Shown here piece after piece: positions 8,369 through 19,340 of a DNA stretch of 64,000 nucleotides (the stretch's first letter is position 1; each line of letters starts with the position of its first letter). Source of the stretch: Candidatus Heimdallarchaeum endolithica (GTDB taxonomy: Archaea; Asgardarchaeota; Heimdallarchaeia; Heimdallarchaeales; Heimdallarchaeaceae); NCBI GenBank assembly GCA_021513715.1, contig CP084167.1, forward strand, positions 1,216,001 through 1,280,000, written 5' to 3'. The translations under genes and the position numbers were made by a program. Below the pieces are notes generated by a model. The model saw only the letters and a list, made by a program, of their open reading frames with translations, did not search any database and was not told the origin of the DNA.

Positions 8369-10324
8369 CTACTTTCTATTTTCTAACTTTTTTGACCAAG
8401 TATCTTTTAGTGTTATAATGCGATTGAAAACTAAATTGTCTTTTGTTGTATCTTTGTCAATAATGAAATAACCTAATCTCTCGAATTGGTACCTTGATCC
8501 TACTTCTGCTTTTGCGAGGAATGACTCCACAAAACCTTTTACTATTTTTAATGAATCAGGGTTTATGTAATCAGTGAAATCTTTTCCTTCCTCTACATCT
8601 AAAGGATTTTCTTTTAAGAATAATCTATCGTATAACCTTATTTCTGCAGGTATAGCATTCTTCTCAGATATCCAATGAATACTTACTTTTACTTCTGGGT
8701 CGTCTTTAGTAGAACAGGTTTTTGAATCTGGATCATAAGAACAGTGTAACTCTTTGATTTTTCCTGTTTTTTCATCTTTAACTACTTTCTCGCATTTGAT
8801 TGTGTAACTATACTTCAACTTAACTTTTCTTCCTGGTGCGAGTCTGTAGAAATCTTCAGGAGGTTTTTCCTTGAAGTCACTATTATCGATATAGATTACT
8901 TTACTGAAAGTTATTACTCTTTTACCCATATCTTTGTTTCGAGTATGATTATTCACTTCTATTTTTTCTTCTTTGTCATCTGGATAATTGGTTATTATTA
9001 CTTTCAAGGGCTCAATTACACTCATAACTCTGGGGCAGCGTTCTTCTAGATCTTCCCTTATATAATGTTCCAATATTGAAAAATCAACTATTCTTTCTCT
9101 TTTAGATACACCTATACCATCAGTGAACTTTTTTATTGCTTCAGGAGTAACTCCTCGTCTTCTGAAAGCAGCAATTGTAGGCATGCGAGGGTCATCCCAA
9201 CCATCCACTATTCCTTCACTTACCAAGTGTAGCAGTTTTCTTTTACTCATCACCGTATAAGAAAGATTTAATCTAGCGAACTCTATTTGCTGTGGATGAA
9301 AGATAGGATTTCCTTCCTCATCTTCTAGTTGTTCTAGAAACCAATCATACAGCTCTCTATGTACCTCAAATTCTAAGGTACAAATAGAGTGCGTTATTCC
9401 TTCAATAGAGTCTTCTAAACCATGAGCCCAATCATATAATGGATATATACACCATTTGTCTCCAGTATTATGGTGTGTTCTATGTAATATTCTGTAAATT
9501 ACAGGATCCCTCATTAAGAGATTAGGGTGGGACATATCAATTTTAGCTCGTAAGACTTTTTCTCCATCAACGAACTCTCCATTCTTCATTCTTTCAAATA
9601 AAGCCAGATTTTCTTCTATGCTCCTATTTCTATACGGGCTTTCTTTTCCTAGTTCTGTTACTGTTCCTCTTAATTTTCTTATTTCTTCAACACTCAAATC
9701 GTCAACATATGCTTTTCCTTTTTTAATTAATTGAACTGCATATTCATATAATCTATCAAAATAGTCAGAAGCAAAGAAGAGTCTATCTTCCCAATCAGCT
9801 CCTAGCCATTTAACATCTTCAATAATTGATTTTACATATTCTTCCTCTTCAGTAATGGGGTTAGTGTCATCAAACCTGAGGTTGAATTTACCATTATACT
9901 CTTTTGCTATCCCATAATTGAGGTTAACAGAAACAGCATGTCCAATATGTAGATACCCATTTGGTTCTGGAGGAAAACGAGTATGAACTCTTCCATTATA
10001 TTTTCCTGTTTTCATATCTTCGTTTATTATTTTACGAATAAAATCAATTTCTTTTGTTTCTTTTACTTCTTCTTTCTCTTCCGAAAGTAGCTCAGGGTAT
10101 TTTCGTTGAATAAGTTGCTTAGTTTCATCTAGAGGTTGTGCATTGAGTTTTTCTATCATATCAAATACAATTTCTTTTAATTTTTTTGCACGACCTCGAA
10201 GCTCAGGATGGTTTGACATTAATTTACCCATCACAGCGCTAAGTTTCGCGTTGCCAAATTCTAGAATATTCTCTAGTACATATTTTTCAATGATGTCTTC
10301 TTCGGAATTCATTGTGACAAACAA
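8369..10324 (-). CDS. glnS: Glutaminyl-tRNA synthetase with archaeal GluRS-like N-terminal helical domain
   Basis: [51 protein letters not shown] (Cys of the Gln pocket), [26 protein letters not shown]. Confidence 0.93.
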   Translation of the reverse strand: MFVTMNSEEDIIEKYVLENILEFGNAKLSAVMGKLMSNHPELRGRAKKLKEIVFDMIEKLNAQPLDETKQLIQRKYPELLSEEKEEVKETKEIDFIRKIINEDMKTGKYNGRVHTRFPPEPNGYLHIGHAVSVNLNYGIAKEYNGKFNLRFDDTNPITEEEEYVKSIIEDVKWLGADWEDRLFFASDYFDRLYEYAVQLIKKGKAYVDDLSVEEIRKLRGTVTELGKESPYRNRSIEENLALFERMKNGEFVDGEKVLRAKIDMSHPNLLMRDPVIYRILHRTHHNTGDKWCIYPLYDWAHGLEDSIEGITHSICTLEFEVHRELYDWFLEQLEDEEGNPIFHPQQIEFARLNLSYTVMSKRKLLHLVSEGIVDGWDDPRMPTIAAFRRRGVTPEAIKKFTDGIGVSKRERIVDFSILEHYIREDLEERCPRVMSVIEPLKVIITNYPDDKEEKIEVNNHTRNKDMGKRVITFSKVIYIDNSDFKEKPPEDFYRLAPGRKVKLKYSYTIKCEKVVKDEKTGKIKELHCSYDPDSKTCSTKDDPEVKVSIHWISEKNAIPAEIRLYDRLFLKENPLDVEEGKDFTDYINPDSLKIVKGFVESFLAKAEVGSRYQFERLGYFIIDKDTTKDNLVFNRIITLKDTWSKKLENRK

Positions 10325-10479
10325 TAAATTTTCATTAAATTAAAATCTTTAGTCTTTAGATAAAAGAGAGTTAAAGATAAAGGTGTTTAATTTATTTTTT
10401 CCTCTTCAGGGAACTTTGATTTAGATATCACTATTTTGTAAAAAAGGATTAATTATCTACTACTCAAGAAATATTAAGG

Positions 10480-11688
10480 CTACTCTATTAGTGGTTGAGG
10501 AGCATGAGTTAATTGCTTTACTTTTGTTTTTTCAACTGCATAAGTATTTTCTGAACCTAATGTCATCCTATTTGGAAAGATCAATTTGGGTTCAACTGCA
10601 AGAACATTTCCTTCTTGAATCATATAATCAGACCTTCTAATTATAACTGGAAAATCGTTTAATTCTAAACCGACCCCATGAGCAAGAAATGGTATTTGTC
10701 CTCCTAACATCATTGTTTTATCTAATCCTAGCTCTTTAGCGAATTCATAGGACTCCATATAAATTTCAGAAACTTTTTTTCCTACTTTTAATAGCTCAAC
10801 CACCTTTTTCTCACACAACCAAGACTGATAGTATAATTCTTTAATAGAATCAGAAGGATTGCCAAAAACATAACATCTTGTTTCATCAGCGATGTAGCCT
10901 TTATAAGTAGTAGAAATGTCAACAAGAACTAGTTCATCCTGTTTAATCTTTTTCCTACTAGGCCCCCAAGGGTTAGATTGGTGCAATCCAGGGCCTGCTG
11001 TTGCTGTTAATGTATAACTAGAGATACCTGTATTAAGTCCTGATAAAACAATTCCATTACCCCCTGCTTCTGTATAAAAATCTCGGCTTCTCACTGAAGC
11101 TTGAGCTCCATTTTTCCTCATTTCAGCATATAACAATCCACTTGCTTCTATCTCTGTCATTCCAGGTTTTATTATTTCTGGAACATTGGAGTGAACTTCA
11201 TCCAAAATTTTTGCTGCCTTTGCTATGTGGCTAATCTCGTTTTTAGACTTTGATGAACGTATTTCTCTTAATACTCGACCAATGGAAATAACTTTTTTCT
11301 CTGGAAATAGCTTTGCTAATTTTTGAAATAGATCATAAGGCAAAACATCTCCTTCCAAACCAACTAACCCTTTTTTTCCGAGTTCAAACTCTTTTTTTTC
11401 TAAATAGTTGATTATTTCACTTGTTCTGTGAATTGGGACAATATTTTCGATTATTGTTTCTTCTTTTATTCTATCAAGCACCCTTCGAGCGAACAGTATA
11501 CTTTCTCCTTCTTGGGGAACAAATAACAGGCAAGATTGCCCTGTTCCAGAATAATAATACAGATCTGACTTATATTGAATAATAGAAAAGTCAATATTCA
11601 TTTCAGTTAATTTTTTTTGTAAACGTTTAATCCTTTCTTCAAACTCTTCTTTTGGAATATCATCTTTTTCTAAAATCATTAAGTTCAA
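10480..11688 (-). CDS. Xaa-Pro aminopeptidase / M24 metallopeptidase
   Basis: Creatinase-like N-domain; VD...GYIADETR, HGVGLELND, AVEPK and GSENT metal ligands. Confidence 0.9.
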   Translation of the reverse strand: MNLMILEKDDIPKEEFEERIKRLQKKLTEMNIDFSIIQYKSDLYYYSGTGQSCLLFVPQEGESILFARRVLDRIKEETIIENIVPIHRTSEIINYLEKKEFELGKKGLVGLEGDVLPYDLFQKLAKLFPEKKVISIGRVLREIRSSKSKNEISHIAKAAKILDEVHSNVPEIIKPGMTEIEASGLLYAEMRKNGAQASVRSRDFYTEAGGNGIVLSGLNTGISSYTLTATAGPGLHQSNPWGPSRKKIKQDELVLVDISTTYKGYIADETRCYVFGNPSDSIKELYYQSWLCEKKVVELLKVGKKVSEIYMESYEFAKELGLDKTMMLGGQIPFLAHGVGLELNDFPVIIRRSDYMIQEGNVLAVEPKLIFPNRMTLGSENTYAVEKTKVKQLTHAPQPLIE

Positions 11689-11730
11689 AAAAAAATGTAT
11701 GTTAAAATACTTTCGAAAGGTATTTTGCTC

Positions 11731-12402
11731 TTAAACTATCTTTACCCATCTAGGTTCGTACTCGTATTTTGCAAATTTTACTCTTATTAGTTGAGTTGGC
11801 CCTTTTTCTATGTCATCTTCTCTTCTTGTTTCAACCATCATATCAGCTATACTATGAAGAGAACGTTCTATTTTTTCATCCATTACTCCTTTATCTAAGA
11901 CAAGTAGAGCACATTGATTACGAAGTCTAATTCTAGCTGCAACTGTTTGGATGAAATTAATCACTTGCATAGGATCATTATAAAGCATTAATAGCGAAAA
12001 TTGATCAAAAACTATTCTTAATTTATTACTCTGTTGAGAACGTTCATTAATACTCACAGAAATTGACAATAGGTCATTTGCTTTCTCTATAATTGTAGTA
12101 TTAGGTGTTTTTTCTTTGGGTAAAGCTCTAAAAGAAAAAACATCGATAAAATTCAATCTTCCTTTCTCTATATGTTCATCTATATTGTCTATACGTTTTT
12201 TCAGAATATTAAGCGTATCAAGAGCAGAGTTAGCATATAATACTAAAAGAACAGAATCACCATTATTCAATCCATCTTCAATGAATCTGTACATCATTTC
12301 TCTCTTTGAAGTACCAGATTCACCTGTCATTAATATCAGTGAAGAATCTATGGATCTTGTTAAGATATCTATTCTTGTTTTAACTGACATACTAACCCTC
12401 AC
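11731..12402 (-). CDS. Single-domain KaiC/RAD55-like ATPase, degenerate Walker A
   Basis: GESGTSKR, LNFIDVFS, RIVFDQFS, IADMMVE. Confidence 0.8.
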   Translation of the reverse strand: MRVSMSVKTRIDILTRSIDSSLILMTGESGTSKREMMYRFIEDGLNNGDSVLLVLYANSALDTLNILKKRIDNIDEHIEKGRLNFIDVFSFRALPKEKTPNTTIIEKANDLLSISVSINERSQQSNKLRIVFDQFSLLMLYNDPMQVINFIQTVAARIRLRNQCALLVLDKGVMDEKIERSLHSIADMMVETRREDDIEKGPTQLIRVKFAKYEYEPRWVKIV

Positions 12403-12403
12403 T

Positions 12404-13138
12404 TTATTTACTCATAGCTTTAACAGCTTCTTGGCAGAATATTAATGCTTCAGAAATAAGGTTGCTTTTATCTACGTTTTGAGAACCTAAACGTAGTTTG
12501 AAACAAGTATGTACCACTTCAGAAGGTAATTTATCAGCATATTTCTCCTTAATAATGTCTTGAACATTGCTTCTATAGAATTCTTTTTCTCCACTATAAT
12601 ACATGAATGCACAAGCGCATCCTAAGACTGCATCTACAGTCATGTAAATTGCCTGATATTCATCTTCTGGAGGATATAGCACTAAATCTTTCATTTGATT
12701 ATAAAATTCTGTCCCCATTGCTTTTGCTGACTCTTTTATTGCATCTTCAGTAACTTTTAAAGCTGAAAATGGGTTTTTTCCAATCAGTTCTCTTCCTTTT
12801 TGGGCTAAAAGGATTTGAGTAGCAGGCAATGATGAAATTGAAGAAGATTCTAGAACTTTAACATCAATTAGTGAAGCAAATAATGGGTCTTCTAAATATT
12901 TAGAAATTATTTTACCTAATTTACTAATGGTTTTTTCCCACTTATCTTTTGCTGCAAATTTTTCATCAATTATTACTAAAAAATCACAGTCTGATTCTCC
13001 TGCGATGTGTACGTTATCAACTACACTTCCAACAAGAAGAAGACTTTTTACTTCTTTCTCAAGTTGTTTTTTTATATCCTTAGAAAACTCATCGATCAAA
13101 CTTTGGTATTCATCTCTTGTAAAGCCCATTTCTTTCAC
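12404..13138 (-). CDS. Nucleotidyltransferase-domain protein with helical (HEPN-like) C-terminus
   Basis: LVGSVV...GESDCDFLVI (GS..DxD) Pol-beta-type motif. Confidence 0.75.
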   Translation of the reverse strand: MKEMGFTRDEYQSLIDEFSKDIKKQLEKEVKSLLLVGSVVDNVHIAGESDCDFLVIIDEKFAAKDKWEKTISKLGKIISKYLEDPLFASLIDVKVLESSSISSLPATQILLAQKGRELIGKNPFSALKVTEDAIKESAKAMGTEFYNQMKDLVLYPPEDEYQAIYMTVDAVLGCACAFMYYSGEKEFYRSNVQDIIKEKYADKLPSEVVHTCFKLRLGSQNVDKSNLISEALIFCQEAVKAMSK

Positions 13139-13375
13139 CTTTTTGTTTATGCGAACATGTTTTTATATACTATAAATAATTTACTGATTATAATAATTTT
13201 TTCTGTTTTACAGTAAAAATAGAGAAAAAAAGTAGAATAATAGGAGAATAAAAAGAAAAAACAGTTTCTCAATACTGGAAGCGAAAAACAAATAACCCCT
13301 ACATTTAGAACATCATATTAGGGAAAACGCTTAATTATATTGTATCAAAATTAGTTAATATACAGCTTTTTCTAT

Positions 13376-16303
13376 GTGATTACTATGGGCAAAAAGAAGA
13401 AGTCAATTCAAATCAACCAAGAGATTATTTATGGACACACTCTTACTCCAGATGAAGTTGCTCTTAAATTAGGGACAGATCTTAAATTTGGTTTAAAAGA
13501 GAAAGATATTGAAAAAAGGCAAGATATGTTTGGAAAAAATGTTATTCCTCCTGTTAAAGGAAACATTTGGGATGTTTACTTAGCTCCTCTTTTTAATTGG
13601 TTGATTAATATTTATTTAATCGTTGCTGCGATTTTAGCCATTTTAGCAATCTGGGTTCCTGGTCAATGGTCTCAGATAGGTTTTTGGATGATTATAATAT
13701 TGTTTAATGTTGCATTTACCATTTTTCAGCAAGTTAGAGCACAGTTTAAGCTTGATGCTTTACATAAGTTAACAGCTCCTACCTCTGTTGTAATTCGAGA
13801 TGCCATTCCTGATACTGTAGAAGCTGCAGAACTTGTCCCTGGAGACTTAATAGAACTAGATCAAGGAGATAGGGTGCCTGCAGATGCTAGAATAATTCAA
13901 GCAAATAATTGTTTAGTTAATGAATCAGCATTAACTGGGGAATCTATTGCTGTTGAAAAAACAAACAACCCAAAAATTACTTTACCTATGGATACACCTA
14001 TTGGTCAAAGAAGCAATATGCTTTTTACTGGAACATATATAGAAAGTGGAAGAGCTGTAGCTATTGTAACCAATACAGGTATATTCACTGAACTTGGAAA
14101 ATTATCAAAAGAGCTTGAGAATATAAGTACAAACGAGATTCCGATTAGAGCTAAGGTTAACAGACTAGCAATGTGGTTAGGAATAGCTGTAGTTTCATAT
14201 TTGATAATCTCTATTATTTACAAAGTTATTTATCATCTTAAAAGAGGAACTTTAGAAAATGTTGATATCTTTCTTCAAGATATCGTTTCTTCTCTTACAA
14301 CTTCAATGGCAATAATGCCAATTTCTATTCCTCTTCTAACTACACTTATTTTGATTACAGGAGTTCTCTCAATGGCTAAAAAAAGAGTAATTATTAGAAA
14401 TTTGTCTGCAGTTGAGACTCTTGGTAGAAGTTCTATCTTATGCACTGACAAAACAGGTACTATTACAGCCAATCAAATGACTATTCAGAGGATTTGGGAT
14501 ACATCTTTGTTTTATGGTGTTTCAGGTACAGGATATAGTAATCGAGGAGCTATTTTCCCGATTGGAGAAGAAAGAGAAGTAAAAATCGAAGAATATATGA
14601 TTCCAGATTATTCAAGACCCTTTACTAAAGGTTCTCCCCTACAAGATATTCTAATTGGAGGTTTCTTAAATAATAATGCTCACTTAGTTGTAGAAGAAGT
14701 TTTTGAACCTTTCCATCAAACCTCTTGGAAAACGACAGGAGACCCTACTGATGGAGCTTTTCTTGCATTATTTAACAAATCAGGATTAAGAGAAGAGGAA
14801 GTCAAGAAAGAATTCGGTTTTCTTAAAGAATTTAATTTTGATTCCACAATTAAAAGGATGAGTAAACTTTACGAAATAGAAGAAGGTTATATTCTATTCT
14901 GCAAAGGTGCAACAGAAACTGTGTTACCCTTATGTAATAGTATAGGTTCATCTTCAAGCTTTACTCTTTTGACTGAAGAAAAAAGAAAAGAGATTATTGA
15001 AAACGTTAACTACTTTGCATCTCAAGGTTATAGAGTAATCTCATTAGCTTTACGAATTTTGCCCAAGGGAGATCTAATTCCTGATAGGAGAGAAGAAATA
15101 GAAAGAGATCTGGTATACAATGGTTTTGTTGCCATGCTTGATCCTCCCAGATATAGTGTTAAAGAAGCAGTGGAAGAATGTTATAATGCTCAAATAACTC
15201 CAATTATGATTACTGGTGATTCTCTCTTAACAGCTAAAGCAATTGGTAGAGAAGTGGGAATAATTAGAGAGGAACAATTGGCAGTAGAAGGAAATAAAAT
15301 CTCTGAACTATCTGATGAAGAGTTTTTTAACACAAGAATTTTTGCTAGAGTTTCACCTCAACATAAACAAGAGATTGTCGCAAAATACAAAAGTAAAAAT
15401 AAAATTGTTAGTATGACAGGAGATGGAGTAAACGATGCTTTGGCCTTAACTAATGCAGATGTAGGAATATGTATGGGTATTGCTGGGACAGATGTGGCTA
15501 AACAAGCTTCTGATGTTGTTATTGCAGATGATAGTTTTACAAGTACTGTTTTAGGAATAAGAGAAGGAAGAGGTTTATTCGAAAAAATAAGAGTTATGAT
15601 CTTTTTCTATATTACATTAAATGTTGCAGAAGCACTAGTTTACTTTACTAGCTCATTTATTCCAGGTTTTCATTTATTAAATGAGTATCAAAGAGTAATT
15701 ATTTTCTCAACTGCGCATACTATCCCCCCTCTTGCTTTCATAGCTGATTCAATAGCAAGTGATATAATGAATTATCCACCAAAAGATAACGAGGATATAT
15801 TTAACAAAAGATATGTCATTGCTTTAGCTTCTCTGGCTACTACACTTGCTCTATCCTCTGGATTAATATACATTTTAGCTTATACTGGAATTATTCCTGT
15901 GTACTCTTTTAATCAAGCAATACCTTTAGCTGAAGACATCCTAAACGCTGCACAATCTTGGGAGCAAGCTAAAGCTAGAACTATGTTTGTAATGGTACTA
16001 GTTATTAGTGAAAGTTTAGTAGTTCTTTCTTTAAGAAGGTTCAACAAGGGTTTATTAAAATCTCTAAAAGAAGATTGGAAAAACATAGTTATGGTTTTAG
16101 TTCTGGTAGTTCCTATTGGGCATATTTTAACCATGTATATTTTACCTTTCCAGAACTTTCTAAAAAATGCCATTGGGTTCAATTTAGAATATCTTCCATT
16201 ATCAATTGTAGATTGGTTAATTTTACTACCAGCTATTCTTTTCCCAATAATAGCACTAGAGAGTACAAAATGGCTAATTAGAAAAAAGAAGAAATATTTC
16301 TGA
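13376..16303 (+). CDS. P-type (P2A-like) cation-transporting ATPase
   Basis: LTGES, CTDKTGT phosphorylation site, KGATE, DPPR, MITGD, TGDGVNDA. Confidence 0.95.
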   Translation: MITMGKKKKSIQINQEIIYGHTLTPDEVALKLGTDLKFGLKEKDIEKRQDMFGKNVIPPVKGNIWDVYLAPLFNWLINIYLIVAAILAILAIWVPGQWSQIGFWMIIILFNVAFTIFQQVRAQFKLDALHKLTAPTSVVIRDAIPDTVEAAELVPGDLIELDQGDRVPADARIIQANNCLVNESALTGESIAVEKTNNPKITLPMDTPIGQRSNMLFTGTYIESGRAVAIVTNTGIFTELGKLSKELENISTNEIPIRAKVNRLAMWLGIAVVSYLIISIIYKVIYHLKRGTLENVDIFLQDIVSSLTTSMAIMPISIPLLTTLILITGVLSMAKKRVIIRNLSAVETLGRSSILCTDKTGTITANQMTIQRIWDTSLFYGVSGTGYSNRGAIFPIGEEREVKIEEYMIPDYSRPFTKGSPLQDILIGGFLNNNAHLVVEEVFEPFHQTSWKTTGDPTDGAFLALFNKSGLREEEVKKEFGFLKEFNFDSTIKRMSKLYEIEEGYILFCKGATETVLPLCNSIGSSSSFTLLTEEKRKEIIENVNYFASQGYRVISLALRILPKGDLIPDRREEIERDLVYNGFVAMLDPPRYSVKEAVEECYNAQITPIMITGDSLLTAKAIGREVGIIREEQLAVEGNKISELSDEEFFNTRIFARVSPQHKQEIVAKYKSKNKIVSMTGDGVNDALALTNADVGICMGIAGTDVAKQASDVVIADDSFTSTVLGIREGRGLFEKIRVMIFFYITLNVAEALVYFTSSFIPGFHLLNEYQRVIIFSTAHTIPPLAFIADSIASDIMNYPPKDNEDIFNKRYVIALASLATTLALSSGLIYILAYTGIIPVYSFNQAIPLAEDILNAAQSWEQAKARTMFVMVLVISESLVVLSLRRFNKGLLKSLKEDWKNIVMVLVLVVPIGHILTMYILPFQNFLKNAIGFNLEYLPLSIVDWLILLPAILFPIIALESTKWLIRKKKKYF

Positions 16304-16370
16304 AAACCATTTAAAACCTACTATTCTTTTTTTCTGCGTAAATGTTATTAAGGGAGAAGTTGAAAAACGA

Positions 16371-16751
16371 ATGAAAATGATTGGAGTAAATTATCATATC
16401 AAAATGATAATACCTAATAAAGGCGAAATAAATGCAGAGTTGATAAGAATTAAAGCTCCTCAGTTAACTGAACAGTTAGTCAGAATACTACCTTTGAACA
16501 CTAGAGCTATCAGGAGAGGAAATATTTTCTTGATTCCAATTAACCAGACTTTTGGTATTGAAAAACCAATAAAAAAAGTAAAAAAGAGTGATCTTGTCTA
16601 TGACCCTAAATCCCAAGCAATTTTAATTATTTTAGAAAATACAGAACTAGACTTTAGAGTAGCACAAATAGGAACAGTTGTTAAGAATCTTGAATTAATT
16701 CAAAAACTAAAAACGACTGTGGGAGTAAGAATTGAAAGTTTAAATCAATGA
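16371..16751 (+). CDS. Cyclophilin-like fold protein
   Basis: AP..T...LP...EKP...V.KSDLVY.P...AI.I pattern of archaeal cyclophilin-like proteins. Confidence 0.6.
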   Translation: MKMIGVNYHIKMIIPNKGEINAELIRIKAPQLTEQLVRILPLNTRAIRRGNIFLIPINQTFGIEKPIKKVKKSDLVYDPKSQAILIILENTELDFRVAQIGTVVKNLELIQKLKTTVGVRIESLNQ

Positions 16752-16787
16752 TGCAAAGCAAATTTCTTTTTTAGCCTAATATCTTTC

Positions 16788-16988
16788 TTATTTTTCATCT
16801 TCAACTATAATTCGTTGAAGAAAGATGTTACACTCTTTACAAACTAAAAAATCAAAAGTTTCTTTTTCTTTATAATAAATTTGGAAATGCATTGGTTTAT
16901 TACATTTTCCACATTTTACATCAGTCTCTTGCTCTTCAATTAGAATCAATTCATTTACATCGACTCTTGGAGAAACATATTTTTGCAT
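16788..16988 (-). CDS. Small zinc-finger protein
   Basis: CGKC...CKEC pairs in 66 aa. Confidence 0.65.
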   Translation of the reverse strand: MQKYVSPRVDVNELILIEEQETDVKCGKCNKPMHFQIYYKEKETFDFLVCKECNIFLQRIIVEDEK

Positions 16989-17109
16989 TGGACAACAACT
17001 CTTAGATTCTCAAGGAAAAAATGAATATTTATTAATAAAGCTTTTTAAGCAAAATATAGTAAAAATGGATTCAAAAGAATCCTTTAGTTTATTTTGACTT
17101 TTAAGTTGT

Positions 17110-17397
17110 TTAGCTTCTTCGAAGTGTAATATCGATAGTACTTACAGTCTTTACTCCAGTATCAGTTTCTATTTCTTCAGAGCCTATTTTGGTGTCATAA
17201 ATTTTGATCTGTTCAGCTAGGAATTTGCGAGTGCTAATTTCTGCCACATCAACAGCTTTGCTTATTGAACGGCCACGAGCTTTGAGAATACATTCATCAG
17301 CTCCTTTGTTAAAGATAGTTACTACTACTAGACAGTAAGACATTGTTCCTTTTCTTCCGATGTAAATTATTTGTTGATCTTGTTGTTCTTCAGACAT
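17110..17397 (-). CDS. albA: DNA/RNA-binding protein Alba
   Basis: IYIGRKG.MSY, LKARGRSISKAVDVAE, VSTIDITL. Confidence 0.95.
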   Translation of the reverse strand: MSEEQQDQQIIYIGRKGTMSYCLVVVTIFNKGADECILKARGRSISKAVDVAEISTRKFLAEQIKIYDTKIGSEEIETDTGVKTVSTIDITLRRS

Positions 17398-17498
17398 GTT
17401 TATCCATCCTCGTTAATTGGTTTTAATGAATTTTTCAAATTGATATTTATAAAGTTTATTAACTGGTAAACATTGAAAGGCAAAAGTGAAGTAAAAAA

Positions 17499-18074
17499 TT
17501 AAGGCTTATATCTATCAAATAAGAAAAAGTGTAATTTTCCTTTCATTTTAGTAGCTAGAACGAAGTTTTTTCGTACTGTAGTTGCGAGTCTTCCAGCTCT
17601 AACTAATTCAATAGGATTAATAGATCCTTCCTTTTTTATAATTTGAACAAGATAAGGTGAGTGTTCTAACCCAGGTCCCTTAGTGTAAACAGCGAAATCA
17701 GTACCAAACTTTAGTCCTGGCTTGACAACATAACCTTTCTCTCTTAGATGTTTGTAAACTTCCATTTTCTGGTTGAAATTAATGTGATTTTCTCTGCATC
17801 TCTTCAGAAACTGTTTTTTGTCCAAAAGATTATTTTCTTCATCAAAAATTTCAATTATTTTTTTTTCCTGAAGAAAAAAAGCTTCAAAATATGAGAGCTC
17901 TAATGGGTCCCTAAATTCATCACCTAGGTTAGGTTTTCTAACTCCTATAGGTTTTCCATAAAATCCATTATTATACAACCATGTTCCTTTCTCTAGATCC
18001 CATACGACTACTCTGTTACCAATAAATTGAGCTTTGATTAATTCATTCATTCTTGCTAATAGTGAATTAACCAT
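17499..18074 (-). CDS. endA: tRNA-intron (splicing) endonuclease
   Basis: LELSYFEAFFL, VYKHLREKGYVVKPGLKFGTDFAVY..GP..EHS, RLATTVRK (catalytic Y/H/K region). Confidence 0.93.
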   Translation of the reverse strand: MVNSLLARMNELIKAQFIGNRVVVWDLEKGTWLYNNGFYGKPIGVRKPNLGDEFRDPLELSYFEAFFLQEKKIIEIFDEENNLLDKKQFLKRCRENHINFNQKMEVYKHLREKGYVVKPGLKFGTDFAVYTKGPGLEHSPYLVQIIKKEGSINPIELVRAGRLATTVRKNFVLATKMKGKLHFFLFDRYKP

Positions 18075-18146
18075 TTTTATTTTTATGTTTTTTAGTGAAA
18101 AAAAACCACAAAAAATAAAGATAATGACGATTTTATTTAATCATAG

Positions 18147-19340
18147 ATGACTGATACTAACGATTTTCCTTTATCTATAGAGAAATATGTCCAACAATGC
18201 ATTTACTGTGGATATTGTTCTGTATGTCCAACATATAAAGAAATTGGTTGGGAAAGTAATCATCCTCGAGGGATTCTTAAACAAATAGAAAAATACATCA
18301 ACGAAGACACAACTAGAGAAGAACAAAAAACTCTGTTTCAAGCGGTTTTTGACTGCACTTTATGTGGAGCTTGCCAAAATATTTGTTTGTCTGACATTCC
18401 GATTATAGATATTTGGATACAAATGAGAAAAGAAGCATTTGACAAAGGTCTGTGGAAGCAAGAATTAGTCCAAATAACAGAATTTGTTAAAACAACACAC
18501 AATATCTATGGACTAGATCCAAAAGACAGATTAAAATGGACAGAATATGTAAATATCAATCTTAATCGAAGAGTGAAAAAAAATAAACCGTTCCTATTCT
18601 TTTTTGGTTGTCAAGCCTCTTATTCAGGAAAAATGATGAAAATAGCAGAAAGTGCAGTAAAAGTCTTACGCAAAGCTAAAGTAGATTTCACTGTTTTAGG
18701 AGAAGATGAGTGGTGCTGTGGTTCTCCTATATTTCTGGGAGGAGGATTTGAACTAGGAAAGTCTTTGGCGAAACACAACCTTGAGAAAATAAAAGAATTA
18801 GGAGTAAAAACTCTCGTTACTGCATGCTCAGGTTGTTATCGAACTTTTAAAAACGTTTATCCAAACATATTAGGTGATGAGTGGGATATTGAAGTTCTTC
18901 ATTTCTCAGAATTAATTTCTAATTTGATAAAAGATGGGAAAATCGAGTTTAAGAAAGAATTAACGGAAAAAATAACTTACAAGGACCCATGTGAGTTAGT
19001 AAGGCATACAGGAGTCATTCAAGCCCCAAGAGATGTAATTTTAAACATCAAAAATGTCCGCTATGAAGAGTTAATTTCCAATAAGGAAAATGCACTTTGT
19101 TGTGGGGGAGGAGGTTTACTAAAAATCAATAATCGTCCTTTAGTTGAGCAAGTAAATGATAGGTTAATGGATGAAATAGCTTATTCTGAAGCTGATATCG
19201 TAGTAAACAATTGCCCTCTTTGTTTAGACACAATTAACCAAGGTTTGAAAAAGAAAAATTTGAATGTAGAAGTTATAGATATGACAGAACTTGTAGCGCG
19301 GGCTATGGGAATAGAGGAAAAGGAGGAGGATAAAGATTAA
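18147..19340 (+). CDS. Fe-S oxidoreductase (GlcF/HdrD-like; two [4Fe-4S] motifs plus CCG domains)
   Basis: CIYCGYCSVCP, CTLCGACQNIC, WCCG, DPCEL, LCCGGGG, CPLC. Confidence 0.9.
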   Translation: MTDTNDFPLSIEKYVQQCIYCGYCSVCPTYKEIGWESNHPRGILKQIEKYINEDTTREEQKTLFQAVFDCTLCGACQNICLSDIPIIDIWIQMRKEAFDKGLWKQELVQITEFVKTTHNIYGLDPKDRLKWTEYVNINLNRRVKKNKPFLFFFGCQASYSGKMMKIAESAVKVLRKAKVDFTVLGEDEWCCGSPIFLGGGFELGKSLAKHNLEKIKELGVKTLVTACSGCYRTFKNVYPNILGDEWDIEVLHFSELISNLIKDGKIEFKKELTEKITYKDPCELVRHTGVIQAPRDVILNIKNVRYEELISNKENALCCGGGGLLKINNRPLVEQVNDRLMDEIAYSEADIVVNNCPLCLDTINQGLKKKNLNVEVIDMTELVARAMGIEEKEEDKD

